Shown: positions 51,180 through 61,266 of the stretch, in pieces
Layout: each line of letters begins with the position of its first letter
Numbering within the stretch: the first letter of the stretch is position 1
Assembly: GCA_963729625.1 (NCBI GenBank)
Contig: CAVSOU010000008.1
Span: 384,001-448,000, forward strand
From: an uncultured bacterium
Lineage (GTDB): Bacteria; Chloroflexota; UBA5177; JANWHV01
Length of the DNA stretch: 64,000 bases
Direction: 5' to 3'
Program-made: the position numbers and the translations under genes
The notes under the pieces: model-generated
Told to the model about the DNA's origin: nothing
The model's database searches: none
The model's input: the letters and a program-made list of their open reading frames with translations, nothing else

Positions 51180-51345
51180 GCCCTACAGCAGCGAGACCCA
51201 CCGCGCATGAGCGCGGGCGGTATGGATGATTGAACGAATCCGCGCATGAACGCGGACCCGGCGCGCGCAAAGAGCGTGAGGCGCGCCGGCTGATAATACA
51301 GCCGTGTTTCTAGAGAATGAACGGCTGAAAGAATAGGCAGATTCC

Positions 51346-53332
51346 ATGGCACATGATGATACACGAGGACGCCGCGGCTTCGAGAGCCGTGGTGGGCGAG
51401 ACGATCGCCCCTACAGTGGCTTCCAAAAGCGCGAGCGCGACGCCCGCGCCGGCCAGCCGGCGTATGATGCCGGCCAACGCGAACACACGCCCCGGCGTGA
51501 CGATGATGCCGGCCGCGGCACCGGCGGCAGTGATGCGCGCCCTGGCCGCTCCTATCGCCCACCGTTCGCGCGTGAGCCACGCGACGACGGTTCGACGACC
51601 TTTCAGGGCCGCGGTGCACGCGGCTTCGAGCGCGGCGAGAAGCAATCCGACGACGAGCGCGGCTTCCGCGGCGGACCCGGCGGTGAGCGACCGCCCTTCC
51701 GGCGGACGCACCTGTGACCGGCCGCCCTTCCGCAGCGCACCCGGCGGTGACCGGCCGCCCTTCCGCGGCGCACCCGGCGGTGACCGGCCGCCCTTCCGCA
51801 GCGCACCCGGCGGTGACCGGCCGCCCTTCCGCAGCGCACCCGGCGGTGACCGGCCGCCCTTCCGCGGCGGTGACCGGCCACCTTTCCGATCCAATCGTCC
51901 TTCCTTCCAGGAGACGAGAGGTGAGAATGATCGCCCCTGGCAGAGGGAGCGCCACGACGAAGGCAGACCCAGCTTTGCGGACCGCGGCCAGGGTTCCGGG
52001 AGAGATGAGCGACCTACCTACCGGCAGGGCCGTGGTGGGTACCGTTCATTCGATCAGGACCTTTCGCAGCGGGAGAGGCCGGCCTCGCCCTATCGCGGTG
52101 ACCGGCCATACCAGGGTCGTCGCGACGACAGCGACCGCGGCTTCCGTCGTCCGGATGGCGACCGACCCGCCTTCCAGGATCGGCGGCCGTTCCCTGGCGG
52201 CGAGCGCTCATTCGAGCGACGCGAGCCGGATTTTGCGAACGCCGGCCGGCCGCTCGGCACCGTCACCCGAGCAGGTCATAGCCCGGTCAGCCAATTTGAG
52301 CGGATTCAGGCAGACGTCTATGGGCGCTGGCCCGTGCTGGAGTCTTTGCGGGCAGGAAACGTCGTCAAGATCTACTTCGCGGCCGGGGTGAAGGATTCCG
52401 CCGATCACTTGCAAGAGATTCAGGCGATCGCCGCGGAAAAGCACATCACCATTGTGCGCGTCGATCGCTTCGATCTCGATCGCGTCCTGGGCAACGTCAA
52501 TCATCAGGGTATCGCCGCCGCCTGCCGTCCATTCCAGTACACGGATTTCGCCGATATCGTGACGGCTGCCGGCAAGTCGGGTGAGCAACCACTGGTCCTG
52601 CTCTTCGACGGCGTGCAGGATCCACAGAATCTGGGGTCGATTCTTCGCACCGGTGAGGCAGTGGGGATCGACGGAGCCGTGTTGGCCAAGCATAACCAGG
52701 CGGCAGTCACCCCGGCTGTCGTACGAGCCTCGGCGGGAGCGGTCGAGCACCTGGCTGTTGCCGAGGTGGCGAACCTTCGCCAAAGCGTCGCCACGCTGAA
52801 GGAAGCAGGTTACTGGATCGTCGGTCTCGACATGGATGGGGGCACTGACTACGACAACTTCGACGTCGATAGTCCGATAGCCCTGATCGTGGGCGGCGAA
52901 GGCCGCGGCCTGAGCCGGATGATTTCGGAGGAGTGCGATTACCTGGTACGACTGCCCATGCGCGGCAAGATTAGCAGCCTCAACGCCTCCGTCGCCGCCG
53001 GCATCGTGCTCTACGAGATCGGGCGCCGCCGTGGTACTGCCGGGACGCCCAAGACAAGCAGCAATGAGGATGCTGTCGAGATGGAAATCGAGGCAGCGAT
53101 CACGGAAGCCTTCGTCGTCGAAGATGCAGTGCTACAGGACCAGCTCGAGGCGGAAGCAGACTTCGAGGACACTGAGGAGGCGGAGGATATCGCCTTTGAG
53201 GAGATCTTCGTGGACGATTCCGAAGAGAATGAGCTCGACGACGACGCTACCCCGACCGATGACACGCTCGATAGCGACGATCCGGGAGCAGCCGGGCACG
53301 ATGCTACCGATGTAGCCACTACCGCCGAGTAG
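51346..53332 (+). CDS. rlmB: 23S rRNA Gm2251 methyltransferase (TrmH family) with long disordered termini; frameshift at ~51700-51715
   Basis: NHQGI, DGVQDPQNLGSILR, RASAGA, GGEGRG, LPMRGKISSLNASVA; cysS-rlmB synteny; N-terminal ORF 51346-51717 is in another frame. Confidence 0.88.
51685..51889 (+). repeat. 33-bp tandem repeat (DRPPFRSAPGG) x4 plus degenerate units
   Basis: GACCGGCCGCCCTTCCGC(A/G)GCGCACCCGGCGGT at 51716, 51749, 51782, 51815. Confidence 0.95.
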
Positions 53333-53393
53333 CCCTCAAAGGAGAATGTGTCGTAGTCTGTGCCGGCCTTCCTGAGGCTGGTAACGTTGCACC

Positions 53394-53432
53394 GGAGAGG
53401 GTGTTCCAGATGGAATGCCCTCTCTCGTTTTT
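53394..53432 (+). terminator. Rho-independent terminator after rlmB
   Basis: GAGAGGGTGTTCC/GGAATGCCCTCTC stem followed by a T-run. Confidence 0.8.
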
Positions 53433-53533
53433 CCGTTCTCTCTACTACTCGCTTCTAGCGATTATGGCCTGGAGTATGTGCTGAGCGCCGCTCAAGCTGC
53501 GCGGCGACAAGAATTCCCCTACAAGGAGGATGC

Positions 53534-54103
53534 GTGACACGAGCAGAGGCACTGGCCATCGTGCGGGAGTATGTCCAGAATGAAGGGTTGATCCGGCATT
53601 GCCTGGCCGTCGAAGCAGCTATGAGAGCCTATGCTGCGAGATACGACGGAGATGCAGAAGCGTGGGGCCTGGCAGGATTGCTCCACGACTTTGACTGGGA
53701 GATACATCCCAATGCCGCTACGCATCCGCACATGGGCACACCTATTCTGCGCGAGCGCGGAGTGCCGGAGCAGATCATCCATTGCATCCTCACCCACGCC
53801 GACTACCTGGGCTATCCCCGCGTCACCCCTATGGAGAAAGCTCTTTCTGCCGTCGACGAGCTGACCGGGTTGATCACCGCGGCCGTCCTGGTCCGGCCGA
53901 CAAAATCCATTCAAGACATCGAAGCTCCGGCCGTGCGCAAGAAGATGAAGGATAAGGCCTTCGCACGCCAGGTAAGCCGTGAGGAGATCGTGCGTGGCGC
54001 CGAGGAGTTGGGTGTTGACCTGGACGAGCACATCGCGTTCGTGATCGTGGCTATGCGCTCTATCGCTCCCGAGCTGGGCCTCGACGGTTCTCTTGCCGGC
54101 TGA
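53534..54103 (+). CDS. HD-superfamily (HDIG) metal-dependent phosphohydrolase
   Basis: HCLAVEAAM, GLLHDFDWE, DELTGLI..VRP, FARQVSREEI. Confidence 0.9.
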   Translation: MTRAEALAIVREYVQNEGLIRHCLAVEAAMRAYAARYDGDAEAWGLAGLLHDFDWEIHPNAATHPHMGTPILRERGVPEQIIHCILTHADYLGYPRVTPMEKALSAVDELTGLITAAVLVRPTKSIQDIEAPAVRKKMKDKAFARQVSREEIVRGAEELGVDLDEHIAFVIVAMRSIAPELGLDGSLAG

Positions 54104-54430
54104 AGTTATCCCGGTCTCTACCTCGTATACGATCTGATCCACGAGTAGAGATGAAGAGATCGCAGTAGTGGTAGTAGGCCGGGGGGAGACTGGGGATAAA
54201 CGGTAGATTACCGGAGAGAACAAGGCTGTTGGTAATCTCGATGATCTGTGGAGTATGTGCGGATGAGAGCACGACGGTCTGGGGATAATTGGGGATAGTT
54301 TGGGCAGCGGAATACGGCGTTAGCCAACTTGCCGAATTCTTTCCCCAGGCCATGCCAGGTTCACCCCCGGATTTGTCCGCCATATGGGCAGGATATCCGC
54401 AGAGAAATACAGGATTTCCACAGATCGTTT
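54104..54430. other. Putative replication origin (oriC): DnaA-box cluster and DnaA-trio unwinding element
   Basis: Minus-strand TTATCCCCA at 54191-54199 and 54280-54288, CTATCCCCA 54290-54298, TCATCCGCA, TACTCCACA; plus-strand ATATCCGCA, ATTTCCACA, CTTTCCCCA; box-GGCC-TAC TAC CAC TAC module; non-coding region. Confidence 0.75.
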
Positions 54431-54517
54431 TCTCTCGGTCCGCATCCCGTACCATGAGAAGTGGTCACGGCCGTATGCGGCGCGAGGAGTGAATGAGACA
54501 TAACGTCATGAGTATCT

Positions 54518-55963
54518 GTGTCTGAGCCACTATTTGCCGGCATCGACCTGGGGACGGCGAGGGTGAAGGTGGGCATCTTCGACGCTGCCGGCCGGCAGCA
54601 TGCCATGCGCATCCTCCCGCACGCGGGACTACTCACGGCAGAGCGAGGCGAGGTCACGCAAGATGCGGCGCTGTGGTGGCGCGCCGTATGCAAGGCTCTG
54701 CGCGGCGTCTGCGCCGAGATTGACGTGGCCGCCGTGAAAGCGGTTGCCGTCTGCGGGCAGGGTCCGACGCTTGTCACAACCGATGCCCGGCTCCATCCGC
54801 GCGGCCCCGCTCTCACCTGGATGGACAAGGAAAGCGCGGGCGTGGAGGCGGCACTGCTCGGCAAGCAGATCGGTCACGCCGTAGATCCCGGCCACCTGAT
54901 CGCCAAGGCGTCTTATCTCAACCACGCCGATCCGGATCCGCGCCGATGCTGGTACTTCCAGGCGTGGGACTATATTGCCACGCGGCTGTGCGGGGTGCCG
55001 CATACCTCCGCCCCTTGGTTCGAGGATGAGCTGGCCGCCTCCGGCCTGCCGCGCGATCAATTCCCGCCCTACGTGCCGCCCGGGCAGGTGATTGGATCCG
55101 TGAGCGAGGAAGCGTCGGAAGTCTGCAGGCTGTATCGCGGCATTCCTGTCGTGTCGGGCACCAACGATAGCATCGCCTCTTGCATCGGCAGCGGCCTGAC
55201 CGAGCGGGGCGACTCGGTGATTCTCGGCGGCACCTCAGGCGGCTTCGTCCTGTGCTGGGATCCCGTGCCGGGCGCCTGGACTCCTCCACCAAATGCCTAT
55301 CCCGAACCGCCCGGGCGTCGCTATCTTGGCGCGGCCATTTCCTCCAGCGGCCTGGCGCTCGATTGGCTGGCCTCGCTCTTCGGCGCTCACGACCTGGAGG
55401 CGTTGCTCGTTCATGCCGCCGAGGCCCCGGCAGGGAGTGACGGTCTTCTGCTTCTCCCCTACATTGGCGGCCTCTTCCTGCCCTATACCATCGATGAGCG
55501 CGCGCCGCTTGCGGACCCGTCGGCCCGCGGCGTCTTCTTTGGGCTGCGGGCAGGCCATGGGAGGGCACATCTGGTACGTGCCGTACTGGAGGGAGTCGCC
55601 CTTGCGATACGGCAGGTGCGTGACGTGACCATTGCTCAGGGCGGGACGACCGCTGCCACGCTGACGGTAGGCGGGCAGGCGCACAGCCTGCTGTGGAATC
55701 AAATCAAGGCCGCCGTGCTTGGCGTGCCTCTGCTGGTACCGGCGGTGGTTGAGGCCGGCGCCCTCGGCGCGGCCTGCCTTGCAGCCACCGGCAGTGGCTA
55801 CCATCCAGACGTGTGGACGGCCGCGCGGAGCATGGTGCGCGTCGCCGCCAAGCTGGAACCCGACCCCGTGATGCAGGAACGCTACAATCGCCTCTACAAT
55901 GACGTCTTCATTCCTCTGTATCCGCGCGTGAAGGATCTATTTCCGCAACATAGTACGCCATAG
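54518..55963 (+). CDS. FGGY-family carbohydrate kinase (xylulokinase-like)
   Basis: GIDLGT, GQGP, TWMD, GTND, LLLPY..ERAP..ARGVFFGL, RAVLEGVA. Confidence 0.92.
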   Translation: MSEPLFAGIDLGTARVKVGIFDAAGRQHAMRILPHAGLLTAERGEVTQDAALWWRAVCKALRGVCAEIDVAAVKAVAVCGQGPTLVTTDARLHPRGPALTWMDKESAGVEAALLGKQIGHAVDPGHLIAKASYLNHADPDPRRCWYFQAWDYIATRLCGVPHTSAPWFEDELAASGLPRDQFPPYVPPGQVIGSVSEEASEVCRLYRGIPVVSGTNDSIASCIGSGLTERGDSVILGGTSGGFVLCWDPVPGAWTPPPNAYPEPPGRRYLGAAISSSGLALDWLASLFGAHDLEALLVHAAEAPAGSDGLLLLPYIGGLFLPYTIDERAPLADPSARGVFFGLRAGHGRAHLVRAVLEGVALAIRQVRDVTIAQGGTTAATLTVGGQAHSLLWNQIKAAVLGVPLLVPAVVEAGALGAACLAATGSGYHPDVWTAARSMVRVAAKLEPDPVMQERYNRLYNDVFIPLYPRVKDLFPQHSTP

Positions 55964-56006
55964 AGTACACGTCCCTACCATGTCAGCGCCTCAGGGATCG
56001 GCAGTG

Positions 56007-56618
56007 TCAGAAGATGCCGAGCCAGCGCCTGCGGCTCCGGCCTTGCGCGGCCTGGCTCTCCTTCTGTGCCTCCATCATCGATCGAGCAAGCGCCACAGCT
56101 TCCTCATGCTGCTTGAGCGATTGCGCGAGCATTTCCTCGATGCGGCCCTGCAGTGTGTCAATACGCTGCTCGAGCTGCAGGACCCGCCCTTCTCTCTCCT
56201 CCAAACGGGTGCGGTACTGGCTCGCCAGATCGCGCCATGCATCGGCTGCCTGGCTAAGCGGAGCCAACAATGCCTGGAGCTGATCGCTGAGGACTAGCGA
56301 TGTACCTTGATCTCTTGCCACCGCAACCTCACGGCTTTGCTCGCCGGTGTCCTCCTGCTGCTCCACGGAGTGGGCTCCTTGCGCCAGCCGCTCCTTGATT
56401 TCGCCGTAGGGAAGGTGGTTGAGCCGAAGGTCTCGCACCGTACGAAGCACCTGCATGTCGTCTTCGGTGAAGAACCGAGGCTTGCCTGACTCAGGGTTGG
56501 CGGAACTGCCGAGGAAGTTCTTGAACTCTTCAACCCAACTGCGCAGCGTGTTGCTGTTCTTGTCTTGTAGGCCGAGTTGCGCCGAAGCCTCGCCGATTCT
56601 ATAGAGCACGGGCTCCAT
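56007..56618 (-). CDS. MerR-type HTH plus coiled-coil protein with amphipathic C-terminus (RacA-like)
   Basis: YRIGEASAQLG..NTLRSW..EF...R.FTEDD..L; heptad coiled coil; ends RRRWLGIF. Confidence 0.75.
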   Translation of the reverse strand: MEPVLYRIGEASAQLGLQDKNSNTLRSWVEEFKNFLGSSANPESGKPRFFTEDDMQVLRTVRDLRLNHLPYGEIKERLAQGAHSVEQQEDTGEQSREVAVARDQGTSLVLSDQLQALLAPLSQAADAWRDLASQYRTRLEEREGRVLQLEQRIDTLQGRIEEMLAQSLKQHEEAVALARSMMEAQKESQAAQGRSRRRWLGIF

Positions 56619-57011
56619 GTGCCTGAATACTCCTTCGCTTCCTATGTCTCAGCGAGTATAGCATAGGCGGCTATAGGTAGAGGTAGATCCGCGACACCAG
56701 CGTCGCACGTGACACTGGCGATCAACGGTACGCAGTCGTCGGCAAGGAATCGGGCATCGTGTCCGCTCCGTTTTCGGGAGCGCGTGGCGCCGGGAGCAGG
56801 GGTTGCTGCGCTGGAGCCAGGCGTGCGTGGGCGGGCACCGCGGCAGTCGCGGTGGCGCCGGGACACGCGTGCCGGCGCCCAGGGCAGGCGGACACGATGT
56901 GCACGCCCCCGGGATCCCGGTGATCCCACTATGCCGCACGCCCTATACAGGGAGGTAGGGGGCACCGTGCCGACGGAGGAGGCGCCATGTAGTGCAGTTG
57001 GTGGTGCTGGA

Positions 57012-57027
57012 CGTTTCACGTGGAACG
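57012..57027. promoter_or_regulatory. parS centromere site
   Basis: CGTTTCACGTGGAACG vs consensus TGTTTCACGTGAAACA; intergenic. Confidence 0.78.
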
Positions 57028-57126
57028 AGAATTATCGTGGCGGGCAGGGGCGTTGTACTATTGGAGATGGCGAACTGTCATGCTATAGTTGATGCGATTC
57101 TTATACTCGCGGCAGAAGGAGGCTTC

Positions 57127-57585
57127 ATGGCTGCCCGTATCCTCGTGGTCGACGATGATGAGCTTATATGTGATCTTGTAAGCGAGACCCTTAATTTTGA
57201 GGGATACGACGTTGAGGCAGCGTACAGCGGTGAGCAAGCGCTCAAGCGGCTGGAGACGAGCAAGCCCGATCTTATTCTGTTGGATATCATGATGTCCGGC
57301 ATCGATGGTTTCGAGGTATGCCGAAGGGTGCTGAATAACGGGGCCACGAGGAACATTCCGATCATTTTCCTCACAGCGAAGGGCCAGTTCGAAGATGAGC
57401 TCCGCGGCTATGAAGAAGGCGCCTTCGACTACATCACGAAGCCGTTCCATCCCCTGAGCCTGGCGCCCACGATTCGCGAGACGTTGGAGGCCCAGGGTCA
57501 GAGCGAGCTGGAGGGAAAGCGGCAGAACAGGATTGAGAAATTGCGCAGCCTGCTCAATCTGCGTGGCAGCGGCGAGGCCGGCTAG
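57127..57585 (+). CDS. Stand-alone response regulator receiver protein
   Basis: ILVVDDD, LLDIMM..DG, FLTAK, DYITKPF. Confidence 0.93.
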   Translation: MAARILVVDDDELICDLVSETLNFEGYDVEAAYSGEQALKRLETSKPDLILLDIMMSGIDGFEVCRRVLNNGATRNIPIIFLTAKGQFEDELRGYEEGAFDYITKPFHPLSLAPTIRETLEAQGQSELEGKRQNRIEKLRSLLNLRGSGEAG

Positions 57586-57709
57586 TCCTCCCGGGTTCGC
57601 ATGGCGCCGAACGCGAGCAGTCCCATTGGGCATGGATTGAGCGAAGTCCACTGGAACGCCTGTAGAACACGGTGGTCTTTGCCGCCGCCGCGGTGGGAGG
57701 TACGGAAAT

Positions 57710-58990
57710 ATGGTCGTTGCAGCTCCTGAAGAAGTCCAGGAAATGATTCCTCCGCGTGTCAACTCGATCGAGGACACCGGCATCGACAGCAGTTTCATCT
57801 CCGAGCTGCTGCTCAAGCACATCTACTATGGCGGCGTCATCGCCGGTGCGACCGTGGCCGCCAACATGTGTCTCCCGTTCTACCAGGTCGTGGAAACCCT
57901 GCTCGAAAACCTCAAGACGCAGAACTACATCGAGGTGCGCGGCAGCACCGGCGTCCTTTCCACGACCTATCGGTATGCCCTGACCGATAAGGGGCAGAAC
58001 AAGGTCAAAGAAGCATTCGAGCGCAACACATACGCCGGCCCTTGCCCGGTCACCCTGCAAGACTACAGCTTCGCCGTGAAACGGCAATCGATTCGGAATG
58101 TCCTGGTCACACGGGAGCAGTTGGCGGTCGCGTTCAGCGGGCTGGTGTTCAGCCAGCAGACGCTCGATCAGATTGGCCCGGCGATCAACTCTGGGCGCTC
58201 GATCTTCCTCTTTGGCCCGCCTGGTAACGGCAAGACAACCATCGCCGAAGTGTCGGCGACGCTGCTCGGCGGTAATGTCTACGTGCCGTACGCGGTCCTC
58301 GTTGAGGGCCAGATCATCCGCGTTTTTGACGAGGCGCACCATCATCGCATGTCGGAGACCGATCCGGAGCTGGTAGATCAGCGATGGGTGCTGTCCAAGC
58401 GGCCGGTGGTGGTCGTGGGCGGCGAGCTCACACTCAGCGAGCTCGACTTGCAGCTGTCCGAGGAAAGCAGAGTCTACGAGGCGCCACTGCAGATGAAAGC
58501 CAACGCCGGCATGTTCTTGATTGACGATTTTGGCCGGCAGCAGATCTCCCCTCGAGCGCTATTGAACCGGTGGATCATTCCCCTCGAACGCCGGGTGGAC
58601 TATCTGACGTTGATCACGGGCAACAAGCTGCAAATACCCTTCGACGAGTTGCTCATCTTTTCCACCAACCTCGATCCGAAGGATCTCATGGATGACGCGT
58701 TCCTGCGCCGCATTCGCTACAAGATACACATCACACCGCCGACGATCGACGAGTTCCGCGAGATCTTCAAGCGCACCTGCGCGCAACGCAGCATAGAGTA
58801 CAACGAAGCGGCGCTGGGTTACATCTATAACGAGTATTACGTAAAGCTCGGTCTCCAGCTCAGATCGTGTCATCCACGCGATCTGCTCGACCAGCTCATG
58901 GACATCGCCCGCTACCTGCGCGTCAAGCCCATGCTGGCCAAAGAGCTGATCGACCTCGCCTGTAAGAGCTATTTCGTCAAGCTGGGATAA
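57710..58990 (+). CDS. AAA+ ATPase of unknown function with N-terminal wHTH-like region
   Basis: FGPPGNGKT, GGEL, FLIDDFGRQ, FSTNL, AFLRRI. Confidence 0.88.
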   Translation: MVVAAPEEVQEMIPPRVNSIEDTGIDSSFISELLLKHIYYGGVIAGATVAANMCLPFYQVVETLLENLKTQNYIEVRGSTGVLSTTYRYALTDKGQNKVKEAFERNTYAGPCPVTLQDYSFAVKRQSIRNVLVTREQLAVAFSGLVFSQQTLDQIGPAINSGRSIFLFGPPGNGKTTIAEVSATLLGGNVYVPYAVLVEGQIIRVFDEAHHHRMSETDPELVDQRWVLSKRPVVVVGGELTLSELDLQLSEESRVYEAPLQMKANAGMFLIDDFGRQQISPRALLNRWIIPLERRVDYLTLITGNKLQIPFDELLIFSTNLDPKDLMDDAFLRRIRYKIHITPPTIDEFREIFKRTCAQRSIEYNEAALGYIYNEYYVKLGLQLRSCHPRDLLDQLMDIARYLRVKPMLAKELIDLACKSYFVKLG

Positions 58991-59008
58991 TACCGCTCAG
59001 ACAAAAGT

Positions 59009-60307
59009 CTATGCTGTCGCCAAGCCCAACCGTCGATACGCCTCGTCCACATATTGCAGGTGATACTGCACGTCGAACAACTCGTCGAGCGACTTCTCGT
59101 CCAGGTGCTCGGCAATCGCCGGGTCATCGCCCAGCAGCTGGCGGAAACTGCACCCCTCGTCCCAGGCGTGCAGCGCATGCTGCTGTACGAGCTTGTATGC
59201 CTCCTGGCGGCCGACGCCGTGCTCGATCAGCGCCAGCAGCACGCGTTGCGAGAAGATGAGTCCCCCCGACGAATCCAAATTGCGCTGCATATGCCCCGCG
59301 TCGACGCGCAGCGAGGCGATCACGCCGCGCAGCACGTCCAGCATGTAGTCGGTTACCAGGCATGCATCCGGGAAGATCACGCGTTCGGCGGACGAGTGGC
59401 TGATGTCTCGCTCGTGCCAGAGAGTCACGTTCTCCAGCGCCGTCAGCGCGTAGCCGCGCACAAGTCGAGCCATGCCGCTGACGCGCTCGCAGAGAATCGG
59501 GTTGCGCTTGTGCGGCATGGCCGACGACCCCTGCTGCCCCTCGGTAAACGGCTCCGCCGCCTCCCGCACCTCCGTGCGCTGGAGATGGCGAATCTCGGTC
59601 GCGAAATTGTCGAGCGTGGAGGCCAGCACTGCCAGCACCGCAAGGAAGTTCGCGTGTCGATCGCGCCCAATGACCTGTGTGCCGACCGGCAGCGTGCGCA
59701 GGCTGAGCGCGGCCAGCGCCTGTTCTTCCACTACGGGCGGCACGTTCGCGTGGGTCCCCACGGCCCCGGCGAGCTTGCCGACGCGCAACTCGTCGATCGC
59801 AGCCAGGAGCCGCTGCCTGGCATTGCGCAGCGCGTCGACCCATACCAAAAGCTTGAAGCCGAACGTCGTCGGCTCCGCGTGGATACCGTGCGTGCGTCCA
59901 ATCATCACGGTATGGCGGTGCGCCAACGCCTGAGTGGTGATCGCTGCCTCGAGCTTGTCTATATCGCGTACGAGCAACTCGCCTGACTGCACGATCTGCA
60001 AGGCGAGCGCGGTATCGACCACGTCCGAGCTGGTCAGGCCAAGATGGATGAAGCGGGACTCCTTGCCGATACTCTCGCCGACCGCGCGCAGGAATGCGAT
60101 CAGGTCGTGTCCGGTCTCCTGCTCGATCGTACGCATACGCTCGATGTCCAGGCGCGCGCGCCGGATCTCCGTCAGTGCTTCCTCAGGAATGGCGCCCTGC
60201 GTTGCCCATGCTTCGCAAACGGCGATCTCGACCCGCAGCCATTGGTCGAACTTCGCTTGCTCAGACCAGATAGCCGCCATCTCGGGGCGGCTGTAGCGTT
60301 CGATCAC
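59009..60307 (-). CDS. purB: Adenylosuccinate lyase
   Basis: MIERYSRPEM, HLGLTSSD, GRTHGIHAEP, SSAMPHKRNP. Confidence 0.97.
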   Translation of the reverse strand: MIERYSRPEMAAIWSEQAKFDQWLRVEIAVCEAWATQGAIPEEALTEIRRARLDIERMRTIEQETGHDLIAFLRAVGESIGKESRFIHLGLTSSDVVDTALALQIVQSGELLVRDIDKLEAAITTQALAHRHTVMIGRTHGIHAEPTTFGFKLLVWVDALRNARQRLLAAIDELRVGKLAGAVGTHANVPPVVEEQALAALSLRTLPVGTQVIGRDRHANFLAVLAVLASTLDNFATEIRHLQRTEVREAAEPFTEGQQGSSAMPHKRNPILCERVSGMARLVRGYALTALENVTLWHERDISHSSAERVIFPDACLVTDYMLDVLRGVIASLRVDAGHMQRNLDSSGGLIFSQRVLLALIEHGVGRQEAYKLVQQHALHAWDEGCSFRQLLGDDPAIAEHLDEKSLDELFDVQYHLQYVDEAYRRLGLATA

Positions 60308-60475
60308 GATGGCTCCTCACTTGGTAGTACAGATAATAACGGCAATAACTCCGTGTTTGAGTGTAACGCCGCCGCAACGGGCACATCAGCAGGGATGTCC
60401 ACCAGGCGACCTCCCTGCCGAGGTCACCCAAAGTTCACGCTCCTGTTGCGATCGCCGGGTCCTCGTGCGGACGAA

Positions 60476-60988
60476 TCAATCCGGCTCGGCCAGGATCGAG
60501 CGCACGGTTTCCAGCGTGATCATCAGTGTCATCGGCCGCAGTGGCGATTCCACGAAACCACGCGACAGATAGAATCGCCTGGCTGGTTCCGAAAGGGCAT
60601 GGACCAGAAGCGCAAACACTCCTGCGTCACCGGCCACACTGACAGCACGGATCATCGCGTCACGCAACAAAGCCTGGCCGAGGCCCTGATTGTGATAACG
60701 GCGGTCGATCGCTAGCCGGCCAAGCAGCAGCACCGGCAACGGATCGGGCATATTGCGCCGCATCGCCTTCGGCGCCACTTCGTGGCTGATAGCGCCGGCA
60801 GACAGACAATAGTACCCGATGACGGTTGCGCCAGTGCAGAGCACGAAACAGCGCGAAGCGCCCGACGCGTGATTCTTGAGCGCCCGCTTCTTGAGCCACT
60901 CGTCGAGTGACGGCTCGCCACACGCGAAATCCGCCAGATCATGGTCGGCCGTTATCGGCGCTGGCCGTGAGAGGTTGAGCACGCTCAC
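60476..60988 (-). CDS. GNAT toxin (TacT/AtaT-like tRNA acetyltransferase)
   Basis: FACGEPSLDEWL, GYYCL, P..LLGRLAID..GLG..LL.DA, LVHAL..A..FY..GF. Confidence 0.92.
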   Translation of the reverse strand: MSVLNLSRPAPITADHDLADFACGEPSLDEWLKKRALKNHASGASRCFVLCTGATVIGYYCLSAGAISHEVAPKAMRRNMPDPLPVLLLGRLAIDRRYHNQGLGQALLRDAMIRAVSVAGDAGVFALLVHALSEPARRFYLSRGFVESPLRPMTLMITLETVRSILAEPD

Positions 60989-61266
60989 TCCACCCAGGGC
61001 GCTTTTGTCTTGAGCAGGCGACGGAGCTTGTCGGTCGCCGGCAGCGGCCGATCAAGCAGCGCCTGAAACTGCGCGAACGTACCGTGATCGACCGTGAAGA
61101 ACGCTTGATCGAGCAGCACATCTTCCGCCCTGAGACAGGCAGCTTCGAGCATGAAATCCGAGCGGCTACGACCGAGCCGTTCGGCGGCCAGGTCAATCAG
61201 GTCGCGTTGCCGCGCCTTGGCGCGGATGTTGATCGAAACAGCCTCTTGAACGTGTGTGTGTTCCAT
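60985..61266 (-). CDS. DUF1778 RHH antitoxin (TacA-like)
   Basis: INIRA..QRDLIDLAA..G.SRSDFMLEAA..AEDVLLDQ..F...LD.P..LRRLL..APW. Confidence 0.92.
   Translation of the reverse strand: MEHTHVQEAVSINIRAKARQRDLIDLAAERLGRSRSDFMLEAACLRAEDVLLDQAFFTVDHGTFAQFQALLDRPLPATDKLRRLLKTKAPWVE

Noticed and set aside
51685-51889. 33-bp repeats as a possible CRISPR array
   Set aside because: No spacers, in-frame coding repeat, and no cas genes.
56642-57092. Short Arg/Pro-rich ORFs between the RacA-like gene and the response regulator
   Set aside because: Biased composition, no RBS or motifs; treated as intergenic.
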